Shown here in pieces: positions 9,662 to 21,100 of a DNA stretch of 64,000 bases. Position numbers and translations under genes: made by a program. This stretch comes from Octopus sinensis. Its lineage: Eukaryota. Location of the stretch: the NCBI RefSeq assembly GCF_006345805.1, contig NC_043003.1, positions 89,776,001 through 89,840,000 of the forward strand. The letters run 5' to 3'. The notes beneath the pieces were generated by a model. That model had not been told where the DNA came from. It worked only from the letters and a program-made list of their open reading frames with translations, and did no database searches. The stretch's first letter is position 1; every line of letters starts with the position of its first letter.

Positions 9662-12600
9662 GTACATGACGGCACTGCTCTCCCGTCCCTGGGCCTCTCG
9701 GTCAATTCCTTCCACCCCCTCAGGGTGGGCACCCTCAACGCTGGCACACTGAAAGGTAGGTCTGGCGAGATAGTCGAGATGCTTGAACGGAGACGTGTTG
9801 ACGTATGTTGTATGCAAGAAATAAGGTGGAGAGGAGGATCTGCTAGGTTCCTCACAGGCAAGGAACACAGGTACAAGATTTTCTGGGCAGGGAACACTGA
9901 CGGGGTTGGTGGCGTGGGTATACTTATCGCTGAGAAATGGATAGATAGAGTAATTGAGGTAATCAGAGTAAGTGACAGAATACTTAAGATTAAATAGTGC
10001 TTCATCATAGATTAGCAACCATTATATCGGCCTATGCCCCTCAGCTAGGGCTACCCGATGGACAGAAAGACAGTTTCTATGACACCCTACTGCAGACCAC
10101 CTCATTGACGAACGACAGGGACCTTCTCTTTGTGGCTGGTGATTTCAATGGGCATGTTGGACGACATGCTGGGGGCTTCCATGGCGTGCATGGAGGCTAC
10201 GGTTATGGTTCCCGCAACGAGGAGGGAACCAGGCTGCTGGAGTTCTGCGATGCGAATAGTCTTATGATCTGCAACACTAACTTCAGGAAACCAACAAGCC
10301 ACCTGGTCACCTACCGATCGGGCCGGCATGCTAGCCAAATCGACTACATCCTCGCCAGAAAAAGGGAAAGATGGCTGCTTATAAATGCCAAAACCTTCCC
10401 GGGCGAAGAATGCACCCCCCCAACATACTGGTAGTTAGTGACTTTAGGATCAGGACTAGAAGACGACCACATGGAGAAGAAGGGTCTGGAAGCTTAAAGA
10501 CCCTGCGAATGGACAGAGATTTAGAGATATGTTACTTGAAGCCTTTGACGAAGTGGAAGGGGGTATAGCTACACATGGGGTAGAAGACAACTGGACGTTT
10601 CTGAGGGACAACCTGCTGAAAGCCGCTGACCAGATCTGTGGCTGGTGCAAAGTCCCCTTAAGACCCAAAATAACATGGTGGTGGAACAATATTGTTGATA
10701 GGGCTATTAGACAAAAGAAACAGGCTTGGAAGGCCTGGAAGAACGGTGGTAGCAGGGAAGTGTATCAGACTGCCAGAAGGGAAGCTAGGAGACAGGTCTA
10801 TCTAGCCAGAGGGGAAGCAGATAAAAGAAAATTGCCAATGTCCTGCGCCGTGAGGATGAAAAAGACTTGAGGTATTTCGTGTTGCAAGACAGTGTGTGAG
10901 AGAGAATCGAGATGTGGTAGGAGAGAAGTGTGTTCGCATGGAGGATGGTTCACTTGCGTTAAATGAGGATGCAAAGAGAGAAGCTTGGAGACGCCACTAT
11001 GAAAGGTTGCTGAATGAGGAAAATGAATGGGATAAAGAGAGTCTGCCAAATGTTGACCCAACAGAGGGACCAGCTATCCGAGTTGATAGTTCTGTGGTAG
11101 CTAAGGCAATTAGAAGCATGAAGACAGGGAAAGCCCCAGGCCCATCAGGAATTACTGCAGAGATGCTCAAATATCTGGTAGTGTCGGCTATAGCATAGTC
11201 ACCCGTATAGTTAACCAGGTGATACACGAAGGAGTCATACCCAATGACTGGTGTAGCAGCATAATAGTCAACTGCTACAAAGGTAAAGGCGATGCCCTAG
11301 ATACAAATAACTACAGGGGCATCAAGCTGTTGGATCAGGTAATGAAGGTTACGGAGAGGGTTATAGCCCAGTTAATTAGAGAGAGTTAGCTTAGATGATA
11401 TGCAGTTTGGGTTCGTGCCAGGGAAAAGTACTACTGATGCTATATTCCTGGTAAGACAGCTGCAGGAGAAATACCTAGCCAAAGGTAAGCCCTTGTACCT
11501 GGCTTTTGTTGACTTAGAGAAAGCCTTTGACAGGGTCCCCTATCCCTTATCTGGTGGTCAATGAGGAAACTAGGGATAGATGAATGGTTAGTGAGAGCTG
11601 TGCGAGCCATGTACAGAGACGCAGCTAGTAAGGTGAGGGTTGGCAACGAGTACAGTGAAGAATTCCGGTAGAGGTTGGGGTCCACCAAGGTTCAGTCCTC
11701 AGCCCCTCCTATTTATCATAGTCCTCCAGGCAATAACGGAAGAATTTAAGACAGGATGCCCCTGGGAGCTCCTTTATGCTGATGACCTTGCTCTAATTGC
11801 TGAGTCACTATCAGAACTGGAGGAGAAGTTTCAGGTGTGGAAACAAGGATTAGAATCGAAGGGCCTTAGAATCAACCTAGCCAAAACCAAAGTCCTAATA
11901 AGTAGGAAGGTGGACCAACCACAAACGACTTCAGGTAGATGGCCCTGCTCGATCTGTAGAAAAGGTGTAGGTAGAAACTCTATAAGATGCACCAAGTGTA
12001 AGCTATGGACACATAAGAGATGCAGCAATGTCAAAGGAAGGCTAACTAAGAATAGTTTTTTGTCTGTGGCAGATGCTCAGGAGAAATAAACACTGGAAAT
12101 GTGCAGAGTCCAACTTCTACCACGTTCCAGGGAGACAAACTAGAAGTAGTTGATAGCTTCCGCTACCTAGGAGACCAAGTCAGTAGCGGGGGTGGGTGTG
12201 CTGAAAGTGTAACTGCTAGAGTAAGAATAGCCTGGGCAAAGTTTAGAGAGCTCTTGCCCCTGCTGGTGACAAAAGGTCTCTCGCTAAGAGTAAAAGGCAG
12301 ACTATATGATGCGTGTGTACGTACAGCCATGCTACATGGTAGTGAAACATGGGCCGTGACAGCTGAGGATATGCGTAAGCTTGCAAGAAATGAAGCCAGT
12401 ATGCTCCGATGGATGTGTAATGTCAGTGTTCATAATCGTCAGAGTGTAAGTACTTTGAGAGAAAAGTTGAACCTAAGAAGTGTCAGTTGTGGTGTGCAAG
12501 AGAGACGGCTGCGCTGGTATGGTCATGTGACGAGAATGGCTGAAGATAGTTGTGTGCAAAAGTGCTACAACCTAGCAGTTGAGGGAACCTGTGGAAGAGG

Positions 12601-12726
12601 TAGACCCAGGAAACCTGGGACGAGGTGGTGAAGCACGACCTTCGAACTTTAGGTCTCACCAAGGAAATGACTGAAGACCGAGTCCTATGGAAGTGTGCTG
12701 TGCATGAGAGGACCCGGCAGGACTAG
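9662..12726 (+). pseudogene. RTE ORF2 (endonuclease + reverse transcriptase), many frameshifts
   Basis: Overlapping ORF pieces 9638-9997, 9997-10434, 10529-10870, 10896-11198, 11640-12089, 12101-12631 in shifting frames. Confidence 0.9.
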
Positions 12727-15285
12727 TCAGGCCATATCCCGTGGCCCCTACCTGGGACGTAGTCGATCCACCTGTGCATACCTACCTTCCTTGTGACACT
12801 TGTGAAGACCTGCTGAGGCAAGTGAAAATCAATCAAAATAGATGAACATCAATGGAATTTGTATCTTTGTGGTACCAGTGCCTGTGGCACACAAGAAAAC
12901 CATCCGAACGTGGCCGTAGCCAGTACCGCATCGACTGGCCTCCGTGCTGTGGGAACATGGTGGCACATAAAAACACCATCCGAAGACCCGGCAAGACTAG
13001 TCAGGTCATAACCCGTGGGCCTACCTGAGACGTAGTCAGTCCACCTGTACATACCTTCCGACTTGTGAAGACCTGCTGAGGCAAGTGAAAATCAATCAAA
13101 TCAAACAAATCAAAATAGATGAACATCAATGGAATTTGTATCCTTGTGGTACCAGTGCCAGTGGGCACACAAGAATCCATCCGAACGTGGCCGTAGTCAG
13201 TACCGCTTGTGGTACCAGTGCCGTGGCACACAAGAATCCATCCGATCGTGGCCGTAGTCAGTACCGCCGCACACTGGCCATCGTGCTGTGGGCACATAAC
13301 AAACACCATCCGGTCGTGGCCGTTCACCAGCCTCATCTAGCACCTGTGTCGGTGGCACATAAAAAGTAGTCAGTACCGCTTGTGGTACCAGTGCCGTGGC
13401 ACACACAGAATCCATCCGAACATGGCCGTCAGTACTACCGCATCACTGGCCATCGTGCTGTGGGCACATAACAAACACCATCCGGTCGTGGCCGTTCGCC
13501 AGCCTCATCTAGCACCTGTGTCGGTGGCACACATAAAAACACCTTCCGAAGACCCGGCAAGACTAGTCAGGCCATAACCATGGCCCCTACCTGGGACGTA
13601 GTCAGTCCACCTGTGCATACCTTCCTCCTTGTGATACTTGTGAAGGCCTGTTGAGGCAAGTGAAAATCAAAGGCCTGTGAGGCAAGTGAAAATCAAAATC
13701 AAAATCAAATCAAAACAAATCAAAATAGATGAACATCAATGGAATTTGTATCTTTGTGGTACCAGTGCCGGTGGCACACAAGAGAAAACATCCGAAAGTG
13801 GCCGTAGCCAGTACCGCATCGACTGGCCTCCGTTCTGTGGGCACATGACAAACACCATCCGATCGTGGCCGTTCGCCAGCCTCATCTAGCACCTGTGTCG
13901 GTGGCACATAAAAACACCATCCGAAGACCCGGCAAGACTAGTCAGGCCATAACCCATGGCCCCTACCTGGGACGTAGTCAGTCCACCTGCATACCTTCCT
14001 TCTTGTGACACTGTGTGAAGACCTGTTGAGGCAAGTGAAAATCAAATCAAAACAAATCAAAATAGATGAACATCAATGGAATCTGTATCTTTGTGGTACC
14101 AGTGCCGGTGGCACACATGAGAACCATCCGAACGTGGCCGTAGCCAGTTCCGCATCGACCGGCCTCCGTGCTGTGGGCACGTAACAAACACCATCCGATC
14201 ATGGCCGTTCGCCAGCCTCATCTGGCACCTGTGTCGGTGGCACATAAAAACACCTTCCGAAGACCCGGCAAGACTAGTCAGTCCACCTGTGCATACCTTC
14301 CTTCCTTCTTGTGACACTTGTGAAGACCGTTGAGGCAAGTGAAAATCAAATCAAAATAGAACAATAGATGAACATCAATGGAATTTGTATCTTGTGGTAC
14401 CAGTGCCTGTGGCACACAAGAAATCCATCAGTGCCGTAGTCAGTGCGGTGGGCACATGACAAACACCATCCGATCGTGGCCGTTCGCAGCCTCATCTAGC
14501 ACCTGTGTCGGTGCACATAAAAACCATCCGAGACCCGGCAAGACTAGTCAGGCCATAACCCATGGCCCCTACCTGGGACGTAGTCAGTCCACCTGTGCAT
14601 ACCTTCCTTCTTGTGACACTTGTGAAGACCTGTTGAGGCAAGTGAAAATCAAATCAAAACAAATCAAAATAGATGAACATCATGGAATTTGTATCTTTGT
14701 GGTACCAGTGCCGGTGGCACGTGGCACATAAGAAAACCATCCGAACGTGGCCGTAGCCAGTACCGCATCGACTGGCCTCCGTGCTGTGGGCACGTAACAA
14801 GCACCATCCGATCGTGGCCGTTTGCCAGCCTCATCTGGCACCTGTGTCGGTGGCACATAAAAACACCATCTGAGCGTGGCCGTCTGCCAGCCTCGTCTGG
14901 CACCTGTGTCGGTGGCACATAAAAACACCATCCGAGCGTGGCCGTCTGCCAGCCTCGTCTGGCACCTGTGTCGGTGGCACATAAAAAACACCATCCGAGC
15001 GTGGCCGTCTGCCAGCCTCGTCTGGCACCTGTGTCGGTGGCACATAAAAAACACCATCCGAGCGTGGCCGTTTGTCAGCCTCGTCTGGCACCTGTGTCGG
15101 TGGCACATAAAATCACCCACTACACTCTCGGAGTGGTTGGCGTTAGGAAGGGCATCCAGCTGTAGAAACACTGCCAGATCTGACTGGACTGGTGCAGCTT
15201 TCGGGCTCCCCAGACCCCAGTTGAACCGTCCAACCCATGCTAGCATGGAAAGCGGACGTTAAATGATGATGATGATGATGATGAT
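12711..15285 (+). repeat. Tandem array of ~6 RTE 3'UTR units
   Basis: gacccggca(a/g)gactagtcag recurs at ~12711, 12985, 13551, 13926, 14262, 14532. The last unit is complete, with ~61-bp sub-repeats. Confidence 0.9.
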
Positions 15286-15317
15286 ATATATGTGTATGTA
15301 TATGTATGTATATATAT

Positions 15318-15672
15318 CATCATCATCATCGTTTAACGTCCGCTTTCCCTGCTAGCATGGGTTGGACGGTTCAACTGGGGTCTGGCAAGCTCGAAGGCTG
15401 CACCAGGCCAGTCAGATCTGGCAGTGTTTCTACAGCTGGATGCCCTTCCTAACGCCAACCACTCCGAGAGTGTAGTGGGTGATTCTATGTGCCACCGACA
15501 CAGGTGCCAGACGAGGCTGGCAGACGGCCACGCTCGGATGGTGTTTTCTTATGTGCCACCGACACAGGTGCCAGACGAGGCTGGCGAACGGCCACGCTCG
15601 GATGTTGTTTGTTACATGCCCACAGCACGGAGGACAGTCGATGCGGTACTGGCTACAGTCACGTTCGGATGG
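15318..15672 (-). mobile_element. RTE 3'-end fragment inverted against the copy-1 tail
   Basis: (CAT)n gtttaacgtccgctttcc... is the reverse complement of the preceding tail. Confidence 0.95.
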
Positions 15673-15695
15673 ATATATATGTATATGTATGTATG

Positions 15696-15728
<33 letters not shown>

Positions 15729-15937
15729 ATATATGTATATATATGTATATATGTATATGTATGTATATATGTATATGTATGTATATATGTATATGTATGT
15801 ATATATATATATGTATGTATATGTATGTATATATGTATATGTATGTATATATGTATATGTATGTATATATGTATATGTATGTATATATATATATGTATGT
15901 ATATGTATGTATATATATATATGTATGTATATGTATG

Positions 15938-15968
<31 letters not shown>

Positions 15969-16050
15969 ATATATATATATGTATGTATATGTATGTATAT
16001 ATATATGTATATATATATAGGGTGTATATATATATATATATATATGTATG

Positions 16051-16085
<35 letters not shown>

Positions 16086-16090
16086 GTATG

Positions 16091-16121
<31 letters not shown>

Positions 16122-16142
16122 GTATGTATATATATATATATG

Positions 16143-16193
<51 letters not shown>

Positions 16194-16272
16194 ATATGTA
16201 TGTATATATATATATATATGTATGTATATATGTATGTATATATATATATATGTATGTATATATGTATGTATG

Positions 16273-16303
<31 letters not shown>

Positions 16304-16691
16304 ATATATGTATATATATGTATATATGTATATGTATGTATATATGTAATATATGTATATATATATATGTATGTATATGTATGTATATATGTATATGTAT
16401 GTATATATGTATATGTATGTATATATGTATATGTATGTATTATATATATGTATGTATATGTATGTATATATATATATTGTATGTATATGTATGTATATAT
16501 ATATATATATATATATATTATGTTATATTATATATGTATGTATATGTATGTATATATATATGTATATATATAGGGTGTATATATATATATATATATATGT
16601 ATGTATATATATATATATATGTAATATATATATATATATATGTATGTATATATATATAATATTATATATAATATATTATGTATATATATAA

Positions 16692-16736
<45 letters not shown>

Positions 16737-17000
16737 TGTAGTATATATGTATGTATATATATATATATGTATGTATATATGTATGTATAATATATATATA
16801 GTATGTATATATGTATGTATGTATAATATAATGTATGTATATATGTATGTATATATATATATATGTATGTATATATATATATATATGTATGTATATATAT
16901 ATATATATTATATATATATATATATATAGGGTGTATAATAATATAGATATATATATTGTATGTATATATGTATGTATATATATATATAATTATATGTATG

Positions 17001-17037
<37 letters not shown>

Positions 17038-17835
17038 GTATGTATATATATATACATATATATATATATATGTATGTATATATATAACATATATATATAT
17101 ATATGTATGTATATATATATACATATATATATATGTATGTATATATATATACATATATATATATGTAATATATATATATCATATATATATATATATTAAT
17201 ATATATATATATATGATATATGTATGTTATATATATACTATATATATATATATATATATGTACGTAATATATATACATATATATATATGTATGTATATAT
17301 ATATACATATATATGTATATATATATATTATGTATGTATATATATATACATATATATATATGTATGTATTATATATACATATATATATATGTATATATAT
17401 ATTATAGATACATAATATTATATATGATATATATATATATAATATATTGTATGTATATATATATATACTATATATATATATATATATGTATGTATATATA
17501 TATACATATATATATTTATGTATATATATATACATATATATGTTATATATATATAATGTATGTATATAATATTACATATATAATATTATGTAATAATATA
17601 TATATATATATAATGTATGTAATATATATATATATAGGCGCAATGGCCTAGTGGTTAGGGCAGCGGACTTGCGGTCGGAGGATCGCGGTTTCGATTCCAG
17701 ACCGGGCGTTGGTGTGTTTATTGAGCGAAAAAAACACCTAAGCTCCACGAGGCTCCGGCAGGAGGTGGTGATCCCTGCTGTACTCTAAAGGCGGTGTCTC
17801 AGCATGGCGCAGTCAAATGACTGAACAAGTACAAA

Positions 17836-17875
<40 letters not shown>

Positions 17876-17880
17876 ATATA

Positions 17881-17923
<43 letters not shown>

Positions 17924-18180
17924 ATATATATACATATATATATATATTATGTAATATATAATATATATATCTATGTATATATATATATATTATATATATA
18001 TATATTATATATATATAATATATATATGTATATATATATATATTATATATATGTATGTATATATATATACTAGATATATATATATATTATAATATATATA
18101 TATGTATGATATATATACTATATATATATATATAGTATGTATATATATATACATATAATATATTATATATGTATATATAT
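15673..18180. repeat. ~2.5-kb (TA)n/(TATG)n microsatellite field
   Basis: Direct; source of the spurious Y/I/M/V ORFs. Confidence 0.97.
17637..17844 (+). mobile_element. tRNA-derived SINE (A-tailed variant)
   Basis: A-box TGGCCTAGTGG, B-box GGTTTCGATTCC, body shared with 48712 copy, poly-A tail. Confidence 0.9.
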
Positions 18181-21100
18181 CATCATCATCATCATCATCA
18201 TTTAGCGTCCGTTTTCCATGCTAGCATGGGTTGGACGGTTCTACTGGGGTCTGTGAAGCCAGAAGGCTTCATCAGGCCCAGTCAAATCTGGCAGTGTTTC
18301 TACGGCTGGATGCCCTTCCTAACGCCAACCACTCCGTGAGTGTAGTGGGTGCTTTTTACGTGCCACCCGCACTGGTGCCAGACAGAGCTGGCAAACGGCC
18401 ACGAACGGATGGTGCTTTTTATGTGCCACCGGCACGAGGGCCAGGCGAGGCTGGCAACGGACACGAAACGGGGCGGTGCTGGCAACGGTCGCGAAACGGA
18501 AAGTTCTCTTACATGCCACCGGCACTGGTAACACATCTGCGATTTCCATTGATCGATTTCGATTCTGATCCTCACTTGCCTCAATGGGTCTTCACAAGCA
18601 GAGTTTCGACATGCCACCGGCACTGGTAGCACATCCGCAATTTCCATTGATCGATTTCGATTCTGATCCTCACTTGCCTCAACACGTCTTCACAAGTAGA
18701 GTTTTGTGTCCCAAGAAGGGAAGGTATGCATACGTAGGCTGGCTCCATCCCATGTAGAAGCCACGGGTTGTGGACTCACTTGTCCTGCCGGGTCTTCTCG
18801 CGCACAGCACACTTCCAGAGGTCTCGGTCTCTAGTCATTTCCTCAGTGAGACCTAAAGTTCGAAGGTCGTGCTTCACCACCTCGTCCCAGGTTTTCCTGG
18901 GTCTGCCTCTTCCACAGGTTCCCTCAACCGCTAGGGTGTGGCCCTTTTTCACACAACTATCTTCATCCATTCTCGCCACATGACCATACCAGCGCAAACG
19001 TCTCTCTTGCACACCACAACTGATGCTTCTTAGGTCCAGCTTTTCTCTCAAGGTACTTACACTCTGCCGAGTGTGAGTACCGGCATTACACATCCATCGG
19101 AGCATACTGGCTTCATTTCTAGCGAGCTTACGCATATCCTCAGCAGTCACGGCCCATGTTTCACTGCCATGTAGCATGGCTGTTCGTACACACGCATCAT
19201 ACAGTCTGCCTTTCACTCTGTGCGAGAGGCCTTTTGTCACCAGCAGAGGTAAGAGCTCTCTGAACTTTGCCCAAGCTATTCTTACTCTAGCAGTTACACT
19301 TTCAGCACACCCACCCCCGCTGCTGACTTGGTCACCTAGGTAACGGAAACTATCAACTATTTCTAGTTTTTCTCCCTGGAAAGTGACGGAAGTTGGTCTC
19401 AGAGCATTTTCAGTGTTTATTGTTCCTGAGCATCTGCCACATACAAAAACCATCTTCCTAGTTAGCCTTCCTTTGACATTGCTGCATCTCTTATGTGTCC
19501 ATAGCTTACACTTGGTGCATCTTATAGAGTTTCTACCTACACCTTTTCTACAGATCGAGCAGGGCCATCTACCTGAAGGTGTTTGTGATTTGTCTACCTT
19601 CCTACTGATTACGACTTTGGTTTTAGCTAGATTGACTCTGAGGCCCTTCGATTCTAATCCTTGTTTCCACACCTGAAACTTCTCCTCCAGTTCTGATAGC
19701 GACTCAGCAATTAGAGCAAGGTCATCAGCATAGAGGAGCTCCCAAGGGCATCCTGTCTTGAATTCCTCCGTTATTGCCTGGAGGACTATGATAAATAGGA
19801 GGGGGCTGAGTACTGAGCCTTGGTGGACCCCTACCTCTACCCGGAATTCTTCACTGTACTCATTTCAACCCTCACCCTACTAGCGGCGTCCCTATACATG
19901 GCCCGCACAGCTCTCACTAACCATTCATCTATCCCTAGTTTTCTCATTGCCCACCAGATAAGGGATCGGGGGACCCTGTCGAAGGCTTTCTCCATGTCAA
20001 CAAAAGCCAGGTACAGGGGCTTATCTTTGGCTAGGTATTTCTCCTGCAGCTGCCTTACCAGGAATATAGCATCAGTAGTACTTTTCCCTGGCACAAACCC
20101 AAACTGCATCTCATCTAAACTAACTCTCTCTCTAATTAGTTGGGCTATGACCCTCTCCGTAACCTTCATCACCTGGTCCAACAGCTTGATACCTCTGTAG
20201 TTATTTGTATCTAGGGCATCACCTTTACCTTTGTAGCAGTTGACTATTATACTGCTACACCAGTCATTGGGTATGACCCCTTTGTGTATCACCTGATTAA
20301 CTATATGGGTGACTAGGCTATAGCCGACACTACCAGACATTTTGAGCATCTCTGCAGTGATTCCTGATGGGCCTGGGGCTTTCCCTGTCTTCATGCTTCT
20401 AATTGCCTTAGCTACCACAGAACTATCAACTCGGATAGCTGGTCCCTCTGTTGGGTCAACATTCGGCAGACTCTCTTTATCCCATTCATTTTCTTCATTC
20501 AGCAACCTTTCATAGTGGCATCTCCAAACCTCTCTCTTCGCATCCTCATTTAGCGCAAGTGAACCATCTTCCATGCGAACACACTTCTCTCCTACCACAT
20601 CACGATTCTCTCTCAACACTGTCTTGCAACACGAAACACCTCCAGTCTTTGGTCCTCACGGCGCAGAACATTGGCAAATTTTTTCTTATCTGCTTCCCCT
20701 CTGGCTAAATAAACCTGTCTCCTAGCTTCTCTTTTGGCAGTCTGATACAATTCCCTGCTACCCCACATTTTTCCAGACCTTCCAAGCCTGTCTCTTTTCT
20801 CTAATAGCCCTGTCTACAATATTGTTCCACCACCACGTTATTCTAGGTCGAGAGGGGACTTTGCACCAGCCACAGATCTGGTCAGTGGCTCTCAGCAGGT
20901 TGTCCCTTAGAAACGTCCAGCTGTCTTCTACCCCCTGTGATGCTCTATCCCCTTCTACTTCGTCAGAGGCTTCAAGTAATATGTCCCTAAATCTCTGTCC
21001 ATTTGCAGGATCTTTAAGCTTCCAGATCCTTCTTCTCCATATTTGTCGTCTTCTGGTTGTCCTCCTAGTCCTGATCCTAAAGTCACTAACTACCAGTCTA

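Larger units (their letters stand above)
8482..15285 (+). mobile_element. Near-full-length RTE-clade LINE (copy 1): tandem 5' monomers, APE-RT ORF2, reiterated 3'UTR, (GAT)n tail
   Basis: APE (LRVGTLNAGTLKGR, GDFNGHVG, SQIDYIL), RT (QGSVLSP, LLYADDL) and tail ccatgctagcatggaaagcggacgttaaa(tga)n. Flanked by (TA)n repeats. Confidence 0.95.

Noticed and set aside
12711-15120. Regular ~61-bp repeats resembling a CRISPR array
   Set aside because: No unique spacers and no cas genes; they are RTE 3'UTR sub-repeats in a eukaryote.
15424-17651. Long ORFs of up to 364 aa (MYVCI…)
   Set aside because: Stop-free translation of (TA)n/(TATG)n repeats.
17637-17710. Possible tRNA gene (also at 48712)
   Set aside because: A and B boxes are present, but the sequence runs into a SINE body and no full cloverleaf is evident.
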